Origin: Azolla caroliniana | Lineage: Eukaryota; Plantae; Polypodiophyta | Direction: 5' to 3' | Length of the DNA stretch: 64,000 nt | NCBI GenBank assembly: GCA_043228905.1 | Contig: JBHGNT010000004.1 | Span: forward strand, 16,864,001 to 16,928,000 | Part shown: piece by piece, positions 1-12,664 of the stretch | Layout: the number at the start of each line of letters is the position of its first letter | Position numbering within the stretch: position 1 is the stretch's first letter | Translations under genes and position numbers: made by a program | Notes under the pieces: generated by a model | What the model was told of the DNA's origin: nothing | The model's database searches: none | The model's input: only the letters and a program-made list of their open reading frames with translations

Positions 1-164
1 CGCCATTGAAGGAGTCTATCGAAAGATAGAGTAACATCAAAATATGTGATTCTAACGAGATTGACGAGCCTATGGATTTTATTTATTTATCAACAATCAA
101 AGATGTAGACTCAAAGAGTAAACCATTTTTTTGTCCCTTGAGAGAATCCTTGTGTTGAGGAAGG

Positions 165-312
165 ATACATACATACATACATACATACATACATTATTAC
201 ATACATACATGTGCTGCCTTAGTTTAAAATTGAACACCAAGGAAATTGGATAAGCGATTTAAAAGCCTCGATGTGCATACGTACATATACTGTATACATA
301 CATACATACATG
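165..312. repeat. (CATA)n microsatellite tracts upstream of the PPR gene
   Basis: Runs of atacatacat at about 165-210 and 275-312. Confidence 0.85.
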
Positions 313-357
313 CATGCAATTTGATTGACGGACGAAAGGAATCCGGCCGCAAAACAT

Positions 358-397
358 CGCCGTCAAACCTAACGCCGTCAAACCTAACGCCGTCAAA
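358..397 (+). repeat. About 2.7 copies of a 15-bp unit cgccgtcaaacctaa in the putative PPR promoter
   Basis: cgccgtcaaacctaa-cgccgtcaaacctaa-cgccgtcaaa read directly, about 125 bp upstream of the ATG and followed by a CT-rich leader. Confidence 0.8.
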
Positions 398-521
398 TTT
401 GTACTGTCCTTCTGCACACACATGGCACCCTTAGCCCTCTCTGCTCTGCTCTGCTCTCCAGTTTCTCTCTGCCTATAATACACATGTTGAATCGAAGGAA
501 GTTGTCAGCGAAAGGAAGAGA

Positions 522-2969
522 ATGATCCCTAGAACAAGAAGAAGAGGAATCCTCCAGCCTCTGAACAGAGTTTTCCATCGTCCAGCTTTTCTTTCAAATC
601 CTCATGAGCACGAGGCTTCGTTCCTTCAGAATGCGGACCAAGAAAGAACTGTTCTGAATCATCGTTATAAACATCTTCCCTCAGAGTTTGAACAACGCCA
701 AGTTTTACCCGATTTGCTTAGACAGCAAACTGATCCCGAAGAAGCATATCGCGTTTTCGATCATTTCCGAAAAAATAGTGGTTCTAATAAGCATAATGAC
801 GGATCTTATAGTGCAATGTTGAGGTACCTTTGTGAAATGAAGCAATTCAGTTTGTTAGAGAAGCTCTTGGAAGAAATGAAAGATGGAAAGCATTCTATCC
901 GAGCTTCTGATTTCACGTTCTTGCTAAGAGCTATGAGTGAAGAAGGATTAATACATGAAACATTATGTCTTTTTTATCAAATGAATGACTTTGGTTGTCA
1001 ACCAGTCTCTTTCACATACACATGTGTGTTGAGCACTCTTGTTAAAGCTGGGTATGTGGATGAAGCTATGAAAGTATATAACGAAATGCGAGATTCTGGC
1101 GTTTATATAGATAGCATCACAATTGGTATGTATACTAATTTTCTATGCAAAAAAGATAAGGTGAATGAAGCCTTGAAAGTAGTCGAAAATGTAGCAAGAG
1201 ATTCAGGAAGTGTTGATACTCTGACACTTAATGGACTTGTTGGATTTCTATGCAAAACCAGGAGACCTTATGATGCTTCTAGATATGTAGATAAGATGAA
1301 AAGTTTTAAGATATCAGCAGATGTTGTCACATACAACAAACTAATGAGTGGATATTGCAAAATAGCAAAAGTGGACGAAGCAGTGAGACTTCTTGAGAAG
1401 ATGTCAGAGGAGTCCATCGAACCTAATATTGTTACTTTCAATACTTTGCTCGATGGCTTGTCTAAGCAAGTAAAACCTGATGAGTCTTTGATACTCTTTG
1501 AGAATATGTCGGAACGAGATGTGACAACATATAATATCATATTGAATTGTCTTTGCAAAAGTGGGAAGGTAGAAGAAGCGCAAAAACTTGTGTTTCAGAT
1601 GATTGGGGAAGGTTTTATGCCTACAGTTCACACGTATTCAGCTATCATTCATGGTCTTTTCAAGCTGGGAAATGTGAAAGGAGCTTGTGATCTAACACTT
1701 GCTTTGAAAGAAAAGGATGTTGTTCCTGATACAATACTGTATAATGAAGTGATTGATGGACTATGCAAGATAGGAAGGACGGAAGATGCGTATGTTATGC
1801 TGCAAGATATGACAGAAAATGGCCGTTTTCCAGACAAATACACCTTCAGCTCATTTGTTAATGGATTTTGTAAATTAGGTAGAGTCTTTGATGCAATAGA
1901 CTTTATCAATAATGATATGTCAAAGAGTGGTTGTGTTGCAGATATAATAATATGGACTCCTATCCTCGAGGGTCTTTGCAGAGAAGAGAAAGTTGATCAT
2001 GCTCTTAAGCTTCTGGATATGATCAGCGACCAAGGACTGAAGCCATGTAGAAGCACATATAATGCCATTGTTAAAGGTCTCAGTATGGTCCAACGGGTGG
2101 ATGATATTCGAAAGTTTTTACATGAGATGAATAGCAAATGTATTCCCCCAGATCATGCTACTTATGCAGCATTGATAGATGGAAAATTACACCATCTTAA
2201 TGGAACAGTTGACCTTTTCAAGCCCCTGATTGGAAGCAGTGTGGTTCTTAATTCAAATAGATACACATCACTAATTGATGGCTTCTTTAAAAGTAGAGAA
2301 ATTGAGTTTGCAAAGGTAGTTTTCAATGAGATGTTGAGAGTTAGGTGTACACCTGGGATATCCACATATAATGTCATTATAGACGGACTTTGCAAAAGCC
2401 AAAAATTAGTAGAAGCAAAGGAATTCTTTCACAACATGAAAGCAAATGGATGTGTGCCAGACACTATTACTTATTCAGTACTCATGCATGGACTATGCAA
2501 TACTGGTGATTTTGATGAAGCACATGCATTGTACAAAGAAATGCAAGAGGGTGGATGTCAACCAGATCTTGTCATGTTTGGGATCCTATTAGATGGATTT
2601 GCTTATGGTGGTAGAATGAAGATAGTCTTTGGCCTTCTGGACGACATGAAAGTGCAAGCATGCACTCCGAATGATATGGTGCTAAAGGTTCTCTTTCGGA
2701 ATCTTGGCCCAAAGGACACAAAAAGAGTAAACAAGCGTATTAAAGAATTGTTTGGAATAGTATATTCACCTGAAAGTAATGAAATATTTGTCAAATCAGA
2801 GACGGAGGAAGAGAAAGATTATTTGAGTAGAAAGGTTATTTCAAAGGGAGAAAATGCTGAGCTAGTTCCTAATAAACAACCTGGAAGAGGTCGTTCAAAA
2901 ACCCAGACCATGTCAAAAGCTATACGAAAGATCTCAGAAGTACTGAAAGAAATAAACAGAAAAGAGTAA
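522..2969 (+). CDS. P-class pentatricopeptide repeat (PPR) protein, 815 aa, intronless, probably organelle-targeted
   Basis: Tandem ~35-aa motifs (e.g. VTYNKLMSGYCKIAKVDEAVRLLEKMSEESIEPNI, TYNVIIDGLCKSQKLVEAKEFFHNMKANGCVPDT), roughly 16-17 repeats. No E/DYW tail. Arg-rich N-terminus. Confidence 0.95.
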   Translation: MIPRTRRRGILQPLNRVFHRPAFLSNPHEHEASFLQNADQERTVLNHRYKHLPSEFEQRQVLPDLLRQQTDPEEAYRVFDHFRKNSGSNKHNDGSYSAMLRYLCEMKQFSLLEKLLEEMKDGKHSIRASDFTFLLRAMSEEGLIHETLCLFYQMNDFGCQPVSFTYTCVLSTLVKAGYVDEAMKVYNEMRDSGVYIDSITIGMYTNFLCKKDKVNEALKVVENVARDSGSVDTLTLNGLVGFLCKTRRPYDASRYVDKMKSFKISADVVTYNKLMSGYCKIAKVDEAVRLLEKMSEESIEPNIVTFNTLLDGLSKQVKPDESLILFENMSERDVTTYNIILNCLCKSGKVEEAQKLVFQMIGEGFMPTVHTYSAIIHGLFKLGNVKGACDLTLALKEKDVVPDTILYNEVIDGLCKIGRTEDAYVMLQDMTENGRFPDKYTFSSFVNGFCKLGRVFDAIDFINNDMSKSGCVADIIIWTPILEGLCREEKVDHALKLLDMISDQGLKPCRSTYNAIVKGLSMVQRVDDIRKFLHEMNSKCIPPDHATYAALIDGKLHHLNGTVDLFKPLIGSSVVLNSNRYTSLIDGFFKSREIEFAKVVFNEMLRVRCTPGISTYNVIIDGLCKSQKLVEAKEFFHNMKANGCVPDTITYSVLMHGLCNTGDFDEAHALYKEMQEGGCQPDLVMFGILLDGFAYGGRMKIVFGLLDDMKVQACTPNDMVLKVLFRNLGPKDTKRVNKRIKELFGIVYSPESNEIFVKSETEEEKDYLSRKVISKGENAELVPNKQPGRGRSKTQTMSKAIRKISEVLKEINRKE

Positions 2970-5900
2970 CTTTTGTGATGAATGTGGTTTTGTTCATTCT
3001 CTTTTTGCATTTTAGATCCTTTCCTCATGTGTGTGCTTATTGGTTTGACTAATGTCATGCTTAATTTAAAAACATGCTGCCTTGTGAATCAATGCTTGAT
3101 ACTTCAGAGGTGGTTTCAAGTATTATTTGTTTAGGCGTTCTTCATGTTTTATCCGACGATCATTTGAAATTTGAGGGTTTATATTCATTATTCACTGTTA
3201 ACATAGAGATGGTTGTTGAAGTCCTATTCAATTAAATTAATTTTAACATTTCAGCATGCTTCCATTTTTGCAAGCTTTCTGTGTTGCAGGGGGAGCAGAA
3301 AATGACATTTCCTTTTCATATAGGCATGTAGGCACTTTTTTTCTTTGAGGATCTCTATATATTTACACGAGTCAAGTAGTTGGTATGTTTGTAGAACATC
3401 AGGCAGTAACAACAATGAAAACAGGCATGCACACATAGAGTGCCTCTTTTCTTATATTATTGAGACAAATCCTGAAAGAGATGGAGATATATGTGCTAGC
3501 AGTCATTTGCAGGGAAATGAGACTTCATTGTATTTTACATGATGCTGTATCTTGACTTGCTTATTAAAATGCAAGACATTCCTCTGGAGCTATTCATAGA
3601 TTCACAAAGCTTGTTGCTCTTGAAAAAGGGAAAACTTGGGATACATACATACATAAAGATGTTGAGCTTGGAAATATAATATGCGCGAATTTGAATGCCT
3701 AGTATGGTTTTGACGGAAGTGCAAGAAGCCTTTTAATGGTCATTCACACTGCAATTATGTATCTCTGGAATACACGAAAAGGTGGGAATTGGTAAATGCT
3801 CATGCTCAAGATAGGTGGTTTGAGGAGACTCTGATTGCCTGGACAGATTAGAGATGAGGGATACTGTTTGGGTTTGAAAGACATGATGAGATTAGCTAGA
3901 ATGGATTCTTTTGAGATAACAAATACTACGTAAAATGAATTATGGAGTTGTGAAACACATTATGTAGAATGCGAATGTATACAAGAATTTTGTGAGCTTG
4001 AAATATATTCTACATTGGAGCTTGTTGCGGCTATAGTTGGGTTGGATCTAGCCAAAAATGGAGCTGAGTTTGTTTAAGGAAATGATATCAGACCACATTG
4101 CTTATGGTATGTCTAGCTATGCTTGTCTAATGGATGATTGGCAAAACTTCTTCACTGCAATGTGCCATTGTAATTTGCACTTGCATTATCCAAACACACT
4201 TTTGTATTTGAAAATTGAATGTATGTGTACTTGCAACTTATCAATGAGAATTAACATCAATCAATTGTTTGGTTTTTGAACTATTCAAAATGAATCTATT
4301 GTAATTAGGTAAGATGTTGGAACAAGAAAATGATTTAAATCATTTGCATTAACTGCCCATTTAATGTAGAGAGAGAAAGAAAACAAAACAAAACTGTTTG
4401 TAATTGAACTCAATTAACCATGAGCTAATTGTTGCAAATTGATTTAAAACAAAGGGAAGAAAAAGAAATCAATCATGGCTGGTGCAAAATTAGTTATGGT
4501 AATCAACACTTCAAATGATTGAATTATCAATAAAAAGAGAAGAGAAACCACTTAAAAGGGCAAATGAATTTATCAACAATATAATTATTTAACAAATATG
4601 AGAGATGAGACCAAGAAAACATCACAAATTTGAGACATGCATTTGGATGTCGGCAAAAGATTTGATAACATGTCATGATTCCTTCACTTAAAGCACATAA
4701 TAAATAGTCTTTCATACGATATCATTAATATATATATATATATATATAAATACAAGCTCGAGGGTACCTTGTGTCATAAAAAAAACATACTAACATCAGT
4801 GTAGATCCTACGATATAATTGATGACCCTTTGTGAAATGCTGCTTGGCCTTATAATGAAATTTGTGTTCTTGACCATCAATATTCTATAATCCTATACCA
4901 CTCTACCAAGATCACCACCACGATGGGTAAGCTTCATGGAAAGTTTTTACTACAAACTAGTAATCCCCCCCCCCCCCCCCCCTTCTTATGAAGTAGTCAC
5001 ATACATGATGATATGATTATTTAGTTCCATATATCAATTTAAACCTTCTCATGGATGATAAATATCTATTCTACCTACATGACTGCTAGATCAATCATAA
5101 ACAACATATATGGCCAACATGAAATTCCTTGCATGGATGGCTTGCCCATTACATGCACGTGCTTTGGTCATACCACCAATACAACTAATGTAAAGTGCGG
5201 TACCCAATTAGATAACAAGAAGGAATATGTTATAATTGCGTCATTTCTAGCAATGCAAAGAATGTGTAATCTATGTATTTGATAATGGTACTTAGCCTCA
5301 TTATGTTGAACAAATAGATTCCCTTTACACACCAACAATTTCATTTGATGGCATGTCTTTTCTTGTTCATGCAAGAGATTAAATAATAAATAATAAATAA
5401 TTCATGAGGAACATTCATTAGGCTTGAGATCATGAGTCCATTGGCTCATTATGTTATATGTATTTTGCACATACCATTGTATGTGCCATAATATTGCATA
5501 TTTTTAGAAATATATATGTGACACAGAGTTGGGGAGATGTTTGAACACAAAAGATTCCTGGCAAGAAGCCATTGCGAGCCGTGTTTTGTGTGGCACACAA
5601 TCATCACCGACAGACAGGTAAGAATGGAACACAAAAATTTAAACATGGGATTGATTTGTTTACATTCATTATACGATAGGCAATGAATGGAATGTACTCC
5701 GCCTTTCTCCCCCTTTTTTGTTTTGGAAACATTCGATAATGTATATGCACAGAGAGACAAATGACAGAAACGATGTAGCCGACTCTTCTACACATATGTA
5801 TTTCTTCATTTCTCTCAGATATTTCCAGAATATGTGTATATAGTATGGCGATTAACTTAGACAAGACCCAAAAGGCCATCTATGGCACTGTCTGTTGCTT

Positions 5901-7269
5901 TGCTCCATGTTTTGAGTTTTATTTTCATTTAGAGGTGAATGAGATGTTGTCTTTTATTTATTTATCTTCAGGAATTTGTGGCTGGTCATATGTGACCGTC
6001 AGATAATTTTTTTTGGTGAACATTGAATTGAGTATTGATGAGGATTGGCGAGTGCCTGAACTTCAGAGATTGATAAATTCATTGATCTAGATCGATCCAT
6101 CTATACACACATGTTTCTGATCATCAAGGGAAAAATAAATGTGATTTATCACTCAATCATTGATATTTCCTGCATCCATATACCAGACATAAATTAACCT
6201 TTCAGCATTTTTTGAAGTTATTGTGGTGTTTTCAACACAAAGGCATCCAGGAACCCTATTAGCAATTATTTGGTAGTTCATTTGAGCATTCATGAATAAA
6301 AGGGAGGGTATTCTTCAGTAGATGTTGAATCTTGTGATCGATGGACACGAATTCAAAACCCACCTGGCAATATTTGAACACGTACCCCCCCGGAATTTAT
6401 TTTTGATCCAGAATTATAACATTGGAATACTTCTGTCACTGTTTCTTCTGCAAACAATGAGATGCTACCATGTTAACCCAATACCCGTTTTGCCAAGTTT
6501 TCCTCCAAACTGGTGAGACCCTGCCATGTCAAAGAATTCTTTTGCCAAGAATTCCGTCCAATCAGTGAGATAGTCTTGTGTTAGCACAACTCCCCTCTGC
6601 AGAGGCTCCTATCCACTGCTTGCAAAACTGAAAAGAGAGAAACAATTATGATCAGTTCTTGCAAAGCGAAGGGCAGGGGGAGCACAGCACTTCATGGGGC
6701 ATTCATGGTGAACCCAATAGGAATGAATTGAAAAAAACGAACAATAAAAAGAGAGATGCGAGGGGGATTATATTTTTGGGGTTCTCTTCTTCTTCCCAGG
6801 AAATGAGTGGGTTGGTCTTAATAGGATATAGGTTTTTTTTTTCGAACTTACATCTGACATAGATGAATGATGTTAAGGGATGAAGGGCCCTCCTTGGCTA
6901 ATCAAGGAGTGGAAGTGCTCATTTTGCATCATCATAGGGTGGATTTCTTTTGTATTACCATGCTGGAAACTTGTGAAGAGATTCAATATAGGGATTAAGG
7001 AACTTCCTTTGCTAATAGAGGAGTGAAAGTGCCAATTATCCTGTGATTCCCTTAGAGTACTTGCTTGGGCAGGAATTTCTTTCCTAGCATCATGTTGTCT
7101 TTATAGCAAAAAAACTTTAAGTAAATTCTTCGTTGTTAATATGAAGCTCATAACAAAAAAGTATCTGATTGCAAGTATGCATTTGGGCATGATTCCATTA
7201 TTTGTGTTTGTTTTATCTTGCTTACGATCATACTAAAAATTTGATTAAGAGGGCGTTACTATTCGCGTT

Positions 7270-10215
7270 CCAATTAGTCTTGAGCTCTTTGTTCACTAAT
7301 CCTCAATTTGTTAGAGGTCCAAGTTACGGTTTATGATAGAGGTGAATCGTCAAAAAGTCAACTTTGATGAACTGTTGAAATTAAGCCACTTCAACAAATC
7401 ATTGAAATCGAGCCTCCTTTTGATGAGTCGTCAAAGTTAAGTTCCATTTGGATGAATTTTAGAAACTCAGTCACATCAATGATTCGTCGAAGAAGTCTTA
7501 TTTTGATGAATTGTCCATAAGAGTGGAAACTACATGGGTGGAACAGACCAGGTGGACAAGAAAACGAGCCTATCCAAAGATTCATGCTATAATTGTGGAT
7601 GAGAAGAGAAAAAGGATGGATGGCCAAGAGGACCTTCTGAAAAACATAAGATGAGGGATGAAACAAGAAGAAGAGAAGAGGTGAATGAGTCAATGAAAAA
7701 GGGAATTGCTGAAAGAAAGAAAGAAAGATATATTAACGACTTTTAAGAGGCCAAAATGGCCTATAAGACCAAATAAGAGATTACATCTTGAGTGTTGTCT
7801 CGTCTTTGAGAACAAATCAAAATAAAATAAATACTACACAGTAAATATAAAAGTAAATAAGATGAAAAGAGAAGAAATGAGGGAATCTGGTTTTTGGCAC
7901 ATGTGAGATTCTCAAGTTAGGTATAGCTTTTGTCTTCGAAAGATCTCTAGCATAGGTTGATCCAGAATGGAAATGTCTCTGAAGCGAGGGAAGCACCTAC
8001 GATGGCGGGAGATAATGGCTTTTATTTGTTGATGACAAGGGTGTCAAGGTCTTGATCCATGGGGGCGGGGCCTACGTGCACGGCAAATTGCTATTGCCCG
8101 ATCAATTGTAACCCCTTTGTTATGTCTTGGTCTGGAGCCCATTTGTGTATCCCGTGATGGACTTGTAGCATTAGTAGGAGTGATGGGGCTAAAGAAAGTT
8201 GCGATTGTTCTTTGTGGATGAGCTTGTGTGGCTGAATTCTTCAACAACTTTTCCCGATGTCTCTTGAGCTCTAGCAAGAAAAGTCCTAGGCATCGTTGGT
8301 CCTCATATTCCATTACCTTGCGTAGTGGGCCAAAGCCTTGTTTAAAGAGGCAATGGTATCTCCCTCTGATTTCATAAAAGACACTACAATGACAAACATA
8401 GTGTTCCTCATATTCCACTCCTTCATGACACAATTGGCAAATTCTCTCTTCTAGAGGTAGTCGTGTATATCTGCCTACCTTAATTTGTAGCTGATGTGAT
8501 GAAGTTCTTAGCTGCCCTATCACATTACGCAACACATAGGATAGATGTATGTCCATATAAGGTGGCCTGATGACGAATCCATCCTCCAATGTCTGTAAGA
8601 AGTGCATCTTATAGTGGGCCATCTTTGTAACAAGTGGTATTTTGGGGCTGATCCATGTTATCTTGTTTTCCAAGTTAATAATATTAGTCCGGATCATTGT
8701 ATTCTTTTCCACTTTGGTCATATTTAGGTGGGGACAGTCCAAGCTATATATTGGAACGGCGGTAGTGCATTTATACTCATGCCATGTGACTCGAACCATT
8801 GCTGCATTTCAGCATACCAACAATGAGTGTCTCCATTTTCAGCCAGTTGTTTTGATGACATAAGTGCCAACCTTGGGTACCTTCGTTTAGGTAGCTCCAC
8901 AATGAGTGTCTCCATTTTCAGCCAGTTGTTTTGATGACATAAGTGCCAACCTTGGGTACCTTCGTTTAGGTAGCTCCCAAAGACGTTGGATAAATGTCAC
9001 TAATCGGAACAATGCCTCGGTTATTATAGGTGCTGCTCCCATCTCTGCCCGGATTATATTACGGGGCACCAATGCTTTGCTCCTTATCATGCAAGCAATC
9101 ATTGACACTAAATGTCTCTCTAAATCTTTCCAATGATTTGCCATGTTAAGACTCAGTCCCCATGTTTGTACTCCATAGAGAAGAGTTGGAATAGAGGAAG
9201 TTGGGCCAATGTAGAAGTCGTGGTCAGCCATATAAAAAACCGGGCACACAAGAATGGTATTAGAGGAAAGGATGCTTGATGATTGTGTTGAGTTTATGTT
9301 AAGGAAGGTCCTGAGGATAGTGAAGAAAGAATTTCTTGAGTTCATTATTGATTTCATGAAGACAAAGAGGCAATTGATGGATGAGGATGGTGAGAAACTG
9401 ATGAGCGATTCCACAAATGTGATTTTCATGGAAGGGCGAAGATTGAAGATGCATTTGTAAATAACCATTTCAGTCGTTGAGCTATGACAGAAACCCTGTT
9501 GAAGATTGGGGTTAAAGAACTAGTGGTAGCTTTGATCATGGTGTGGAAATTAACTTGATGTCTAAGAGTTCTACACAAAGGGTAGATGGCCAATCAACTC
9601 TGACCATGGTGGAAGATCTGGATGGCAACAAAGTCTATAAAAGATTTATACGGTGCTCGCCCAAACATGGAAGTGACAATCAGGGTTGTGGAGATAAATC
9701 AACACTTCTTTGTCCAAGACTCAACATCTCGTCTGGTGATCCTAGGGGTTCTTGGGGAGTATCTCATTCCTTGTTTGTACTCAGCTCATAATAATTAGGT
9801 ATCTAATTGCAATGTTTTATTTGGTCTTGGTTCAGTTATTTATGTTTGTATTATCTTGTTCACCTTCATAGTAGCATTTGTGCTTGGTGTTGTCTTTCAT
9901 ACCACTGTCCACATTCCAGTTAATCTTGAACTCTCTGTCACTACTTTGATTTGTTGACGTCCATGTTGTGTTTTATGAGTTAAGTCATGACAAAGGGGAT
10001 TCATTAAAAAGCCTACCTTGAAGATTTGTTGAAACCACGCCATTTTGATGAATCATTGAAATTACACCTTTTAACGAGTCGTCAAAGTTCAGTCCTATTT
10101 GGACAAATCATGAAATCAAGTCCAACTTTCAGGAATTGTTTAATTGTTGAAGTTAAATTCCATTTTGGACAAATTGTTGAAATTAAGTCTTATATCGATG
10201 AATCCTCGAAATGCA
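7270..10215. mobile_element. Old unclassified element bounded by two degenerate direct repeats (~7270-7515 and ~9915-10215), each with a ~27-bp tandem array; interrupted by a LINE
   Basis: ccaattagtcttgagctc...tttgttagaggtcca matches ccagttaatcttgaactc...tttgttgacgtcca. Both are followed by repeated gaYgaatcRtYgaaat-like units. Confidence 0.4.
7711..9192 (-). mobile_element. 5'-truncated RTE-like non-LTR retrotransposon (family 1) with (TTTC)n tail
   Basis: Minus-strand ORF pieces PTLLYGVQTW, LRTSSHQLQIKVGRY and a CQLC..E.EEHYVCHC zinc motif. The 3' end has a hairpin and a (gaaa)n run at 7711. Internal 79-bp duplication at 8821-8978. Confidence 0.85.
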
Positions 10216-10640
10216 AACAATGAACCCTCCAGAACATTTGATAATGGGATTTAGAAGCAACGTTTGACTCAACCATACACTTTCTCCTGGTTCAAAATCC
10301 GTGTGTTTCTGCCTCACTTTTACTCACACCCATGCATTCCTGTGACACCAGCCTTAGGTTTCTAGAAAATAGTGGTAATTCACACTACAAAGGTCAACTT
10401 CACATATATATTTATTTCTCAGGGTCATTGTGGATAAGTCACAAGTTACATTGCTAAACCATATCTTCCATTACAATTGCTTACATTTTCTCCTAGTTAT
10501 GTTTAGGTTTAGAAACTATGTTATAATATGCAGAAAACATCCTTAATGTAGAATTTTAAAATTTGTCTCTCAATGATACATCCTTATTTAAGGTTTGCCT
10601 TGATATTGAAGCAGGAGTTAAACTAGTTAATGAATCGATT

Positions 10641-12631
10641 ATGTTGCCAAGTAGAAGGAGAAGAAATGGTGGCAGGATGCAGAGACGATTTCGGGTTTCT
10701 TTTGATCGCCTTTCCAGTCTTTTGTAAGTAATTTGGAGAAATGAAAGGAAAATGTTCTTGAATTATTGAAATCTTGTTCCTAATTGGTTTATGCATATAT
10801 TTCCAGATATATGTCATGGGAAACTGAATTTTTCAACAACTTCCTTTTCAATTGGGGTGTACGGTACTCAAGGTTGGAACTTGGAACCTTAAGATGTGTA
10901 ATGTAGTTTATCTATACATATCTAGGCATATGTATATCTCTCTCTGTGTGTATGTTTATATAAGGTGAATAACTGGCATATTATCAGTTTATCAGCCCAT
11001 AAACATAGCCATTTCAAGACATCAGTGAAAAACAGACCTGCCTTTCTGAAATAATTATAAGCAAACTAAAATGTGATATGTATACTGTCAAAATTGAATA
11101 TTTAGGTTGTCCTGATAAATGATAATGATCATGCTATAGATCCTATAACAACAATCCAAAATGTTAAAATCCTCATTGACAAAGCCCTCGGGTGTCTAGA
11201 AGTAAAACGTTTGAGGAGGTTTTTATTTGTTGTTTTGGCTGGAGTTCTTGGTGGTTCATCACAGATAACATAAGATCACATCAGAACATGTTATTTGAAA
11301 GTTAGGGGGCAATGCAGCATTAATGTTGTGAACAGAAATTTCAGGTGCCTTTAGTATCTTGTCTTAAAATGGTATATAAAACCTTTAGAAATAACCGATT
11401 TGAGGTTTCAATGATTATTTTGGATGAATGTTGTGATAAGTTGATTTCATATTTTAGGTCATGCTCTTCCCAGAAAGAGAGAGTAGAGTCTTTTCTTGCA
11501 ACTTGTTTTTTTCTTGGATTTCATATATGTGAACTAAATATATTAACGCTCTATTTTACAGTTCCCTTTGATTGGGGGGAACACCTTGTACAAGCCTTAA
11601 ACCATTTAGCATAAGCGAACATCTTGTGATAAATTGTACCTTACTTAGCCTCTGTATATATACAACAGGATTCATGTGATGCGTGTAATGTGTTTTCATA
11701 CAGGTATCTGAAACCTTGGTTTGGTATTGGGATTGGATTTGGTTTGATATCCATGACCTTATCAGTGTTTGTAGTAAGTGTTTTCTTGAATATTTCTGTC
11801 CTTCCTTTCATTTGAAGACCTACTATTTTCATATGTATGGGATGTGAGACATATACCTTGGTTGACTCTTATTTATTTTTGTCACTGTTCAGATGCTTTC
11901 ACAGGTGCCTAATTTATCTTCTAAATTAGGTGGTGGTCAAGCTACAGATGGGTATATTAAAGACAAGCAAACTGTGACATTGGTGGTGAGGAATTTTATC
12001 ATACGCTTTTTAAGATTCTTGATTCTATGAATATTTCTTATTACATGTTTGAAAGAGTGACCTTGGTCAAAATACCTATTCCATGCTTTTCTTTGAGAAA
12101 TTGGTTTGCCTTTTTGTTTCATGTATATACCATGATCAAACTCACAGTGTGGGCTTCAATTGTTTCTTCTGTGCTTATTAAAGGTTCCAGGAGTCAATGT
12201 GCCTTGGAGTGACCTTCCTTATATGATATTGGCAACTGCATTTGCCGTGGGATTTCATGAACTTGGCCATGCACTTGCTGCTGCAAGGTTTAGCTCTTAC
12301 ATTTACTCTAGATAGCGAGTATACCTCATTTAGTAGATAGTGAAATCTTTAAAACTTCTGATTTAAAATGGTTTTTATATTCAGTTTGTTTGGTTTTTTG
12401 GGGGCCTCTTATGGATTCTTTTTCAGGTTTGTGATGCATTAATTTAAACAGTGAGGCTGTATGCATTGAGCACGTGGCAATATTTCTAGCATGCTTAGTT
12501 CCTGGAGCTTTTGTGGCATTAAACGAAGACGGTGTAGAGCAACTAAGCCCTATTCAAGCTCTCCGAATCTACTCGGCAGGAATCTGGCAAAATATTCTTG
12601 TAAAAGAATTTTTTATTTCATATTATATACA

Positions 12632-12664
<33 letters not shown>

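Noticed and set aside
1-6. Minus-strand ATGGCG as the start of a divergent gene
   Set aside because: It lies at the window edge, so no ORF can be evaluated.
522-3330. PPR ORF sharing a first coding exon with S2P
   Set aside because: S2P has its own complete first exons at 10641-10872, and no phase-compatible donor was found in the PPR 5' end.
4790-6650. Possible decayed Copia piece and minus-strand exon-like stretches
   Set aside because: No recognisable domain could be assembled, and the frames contain stops.
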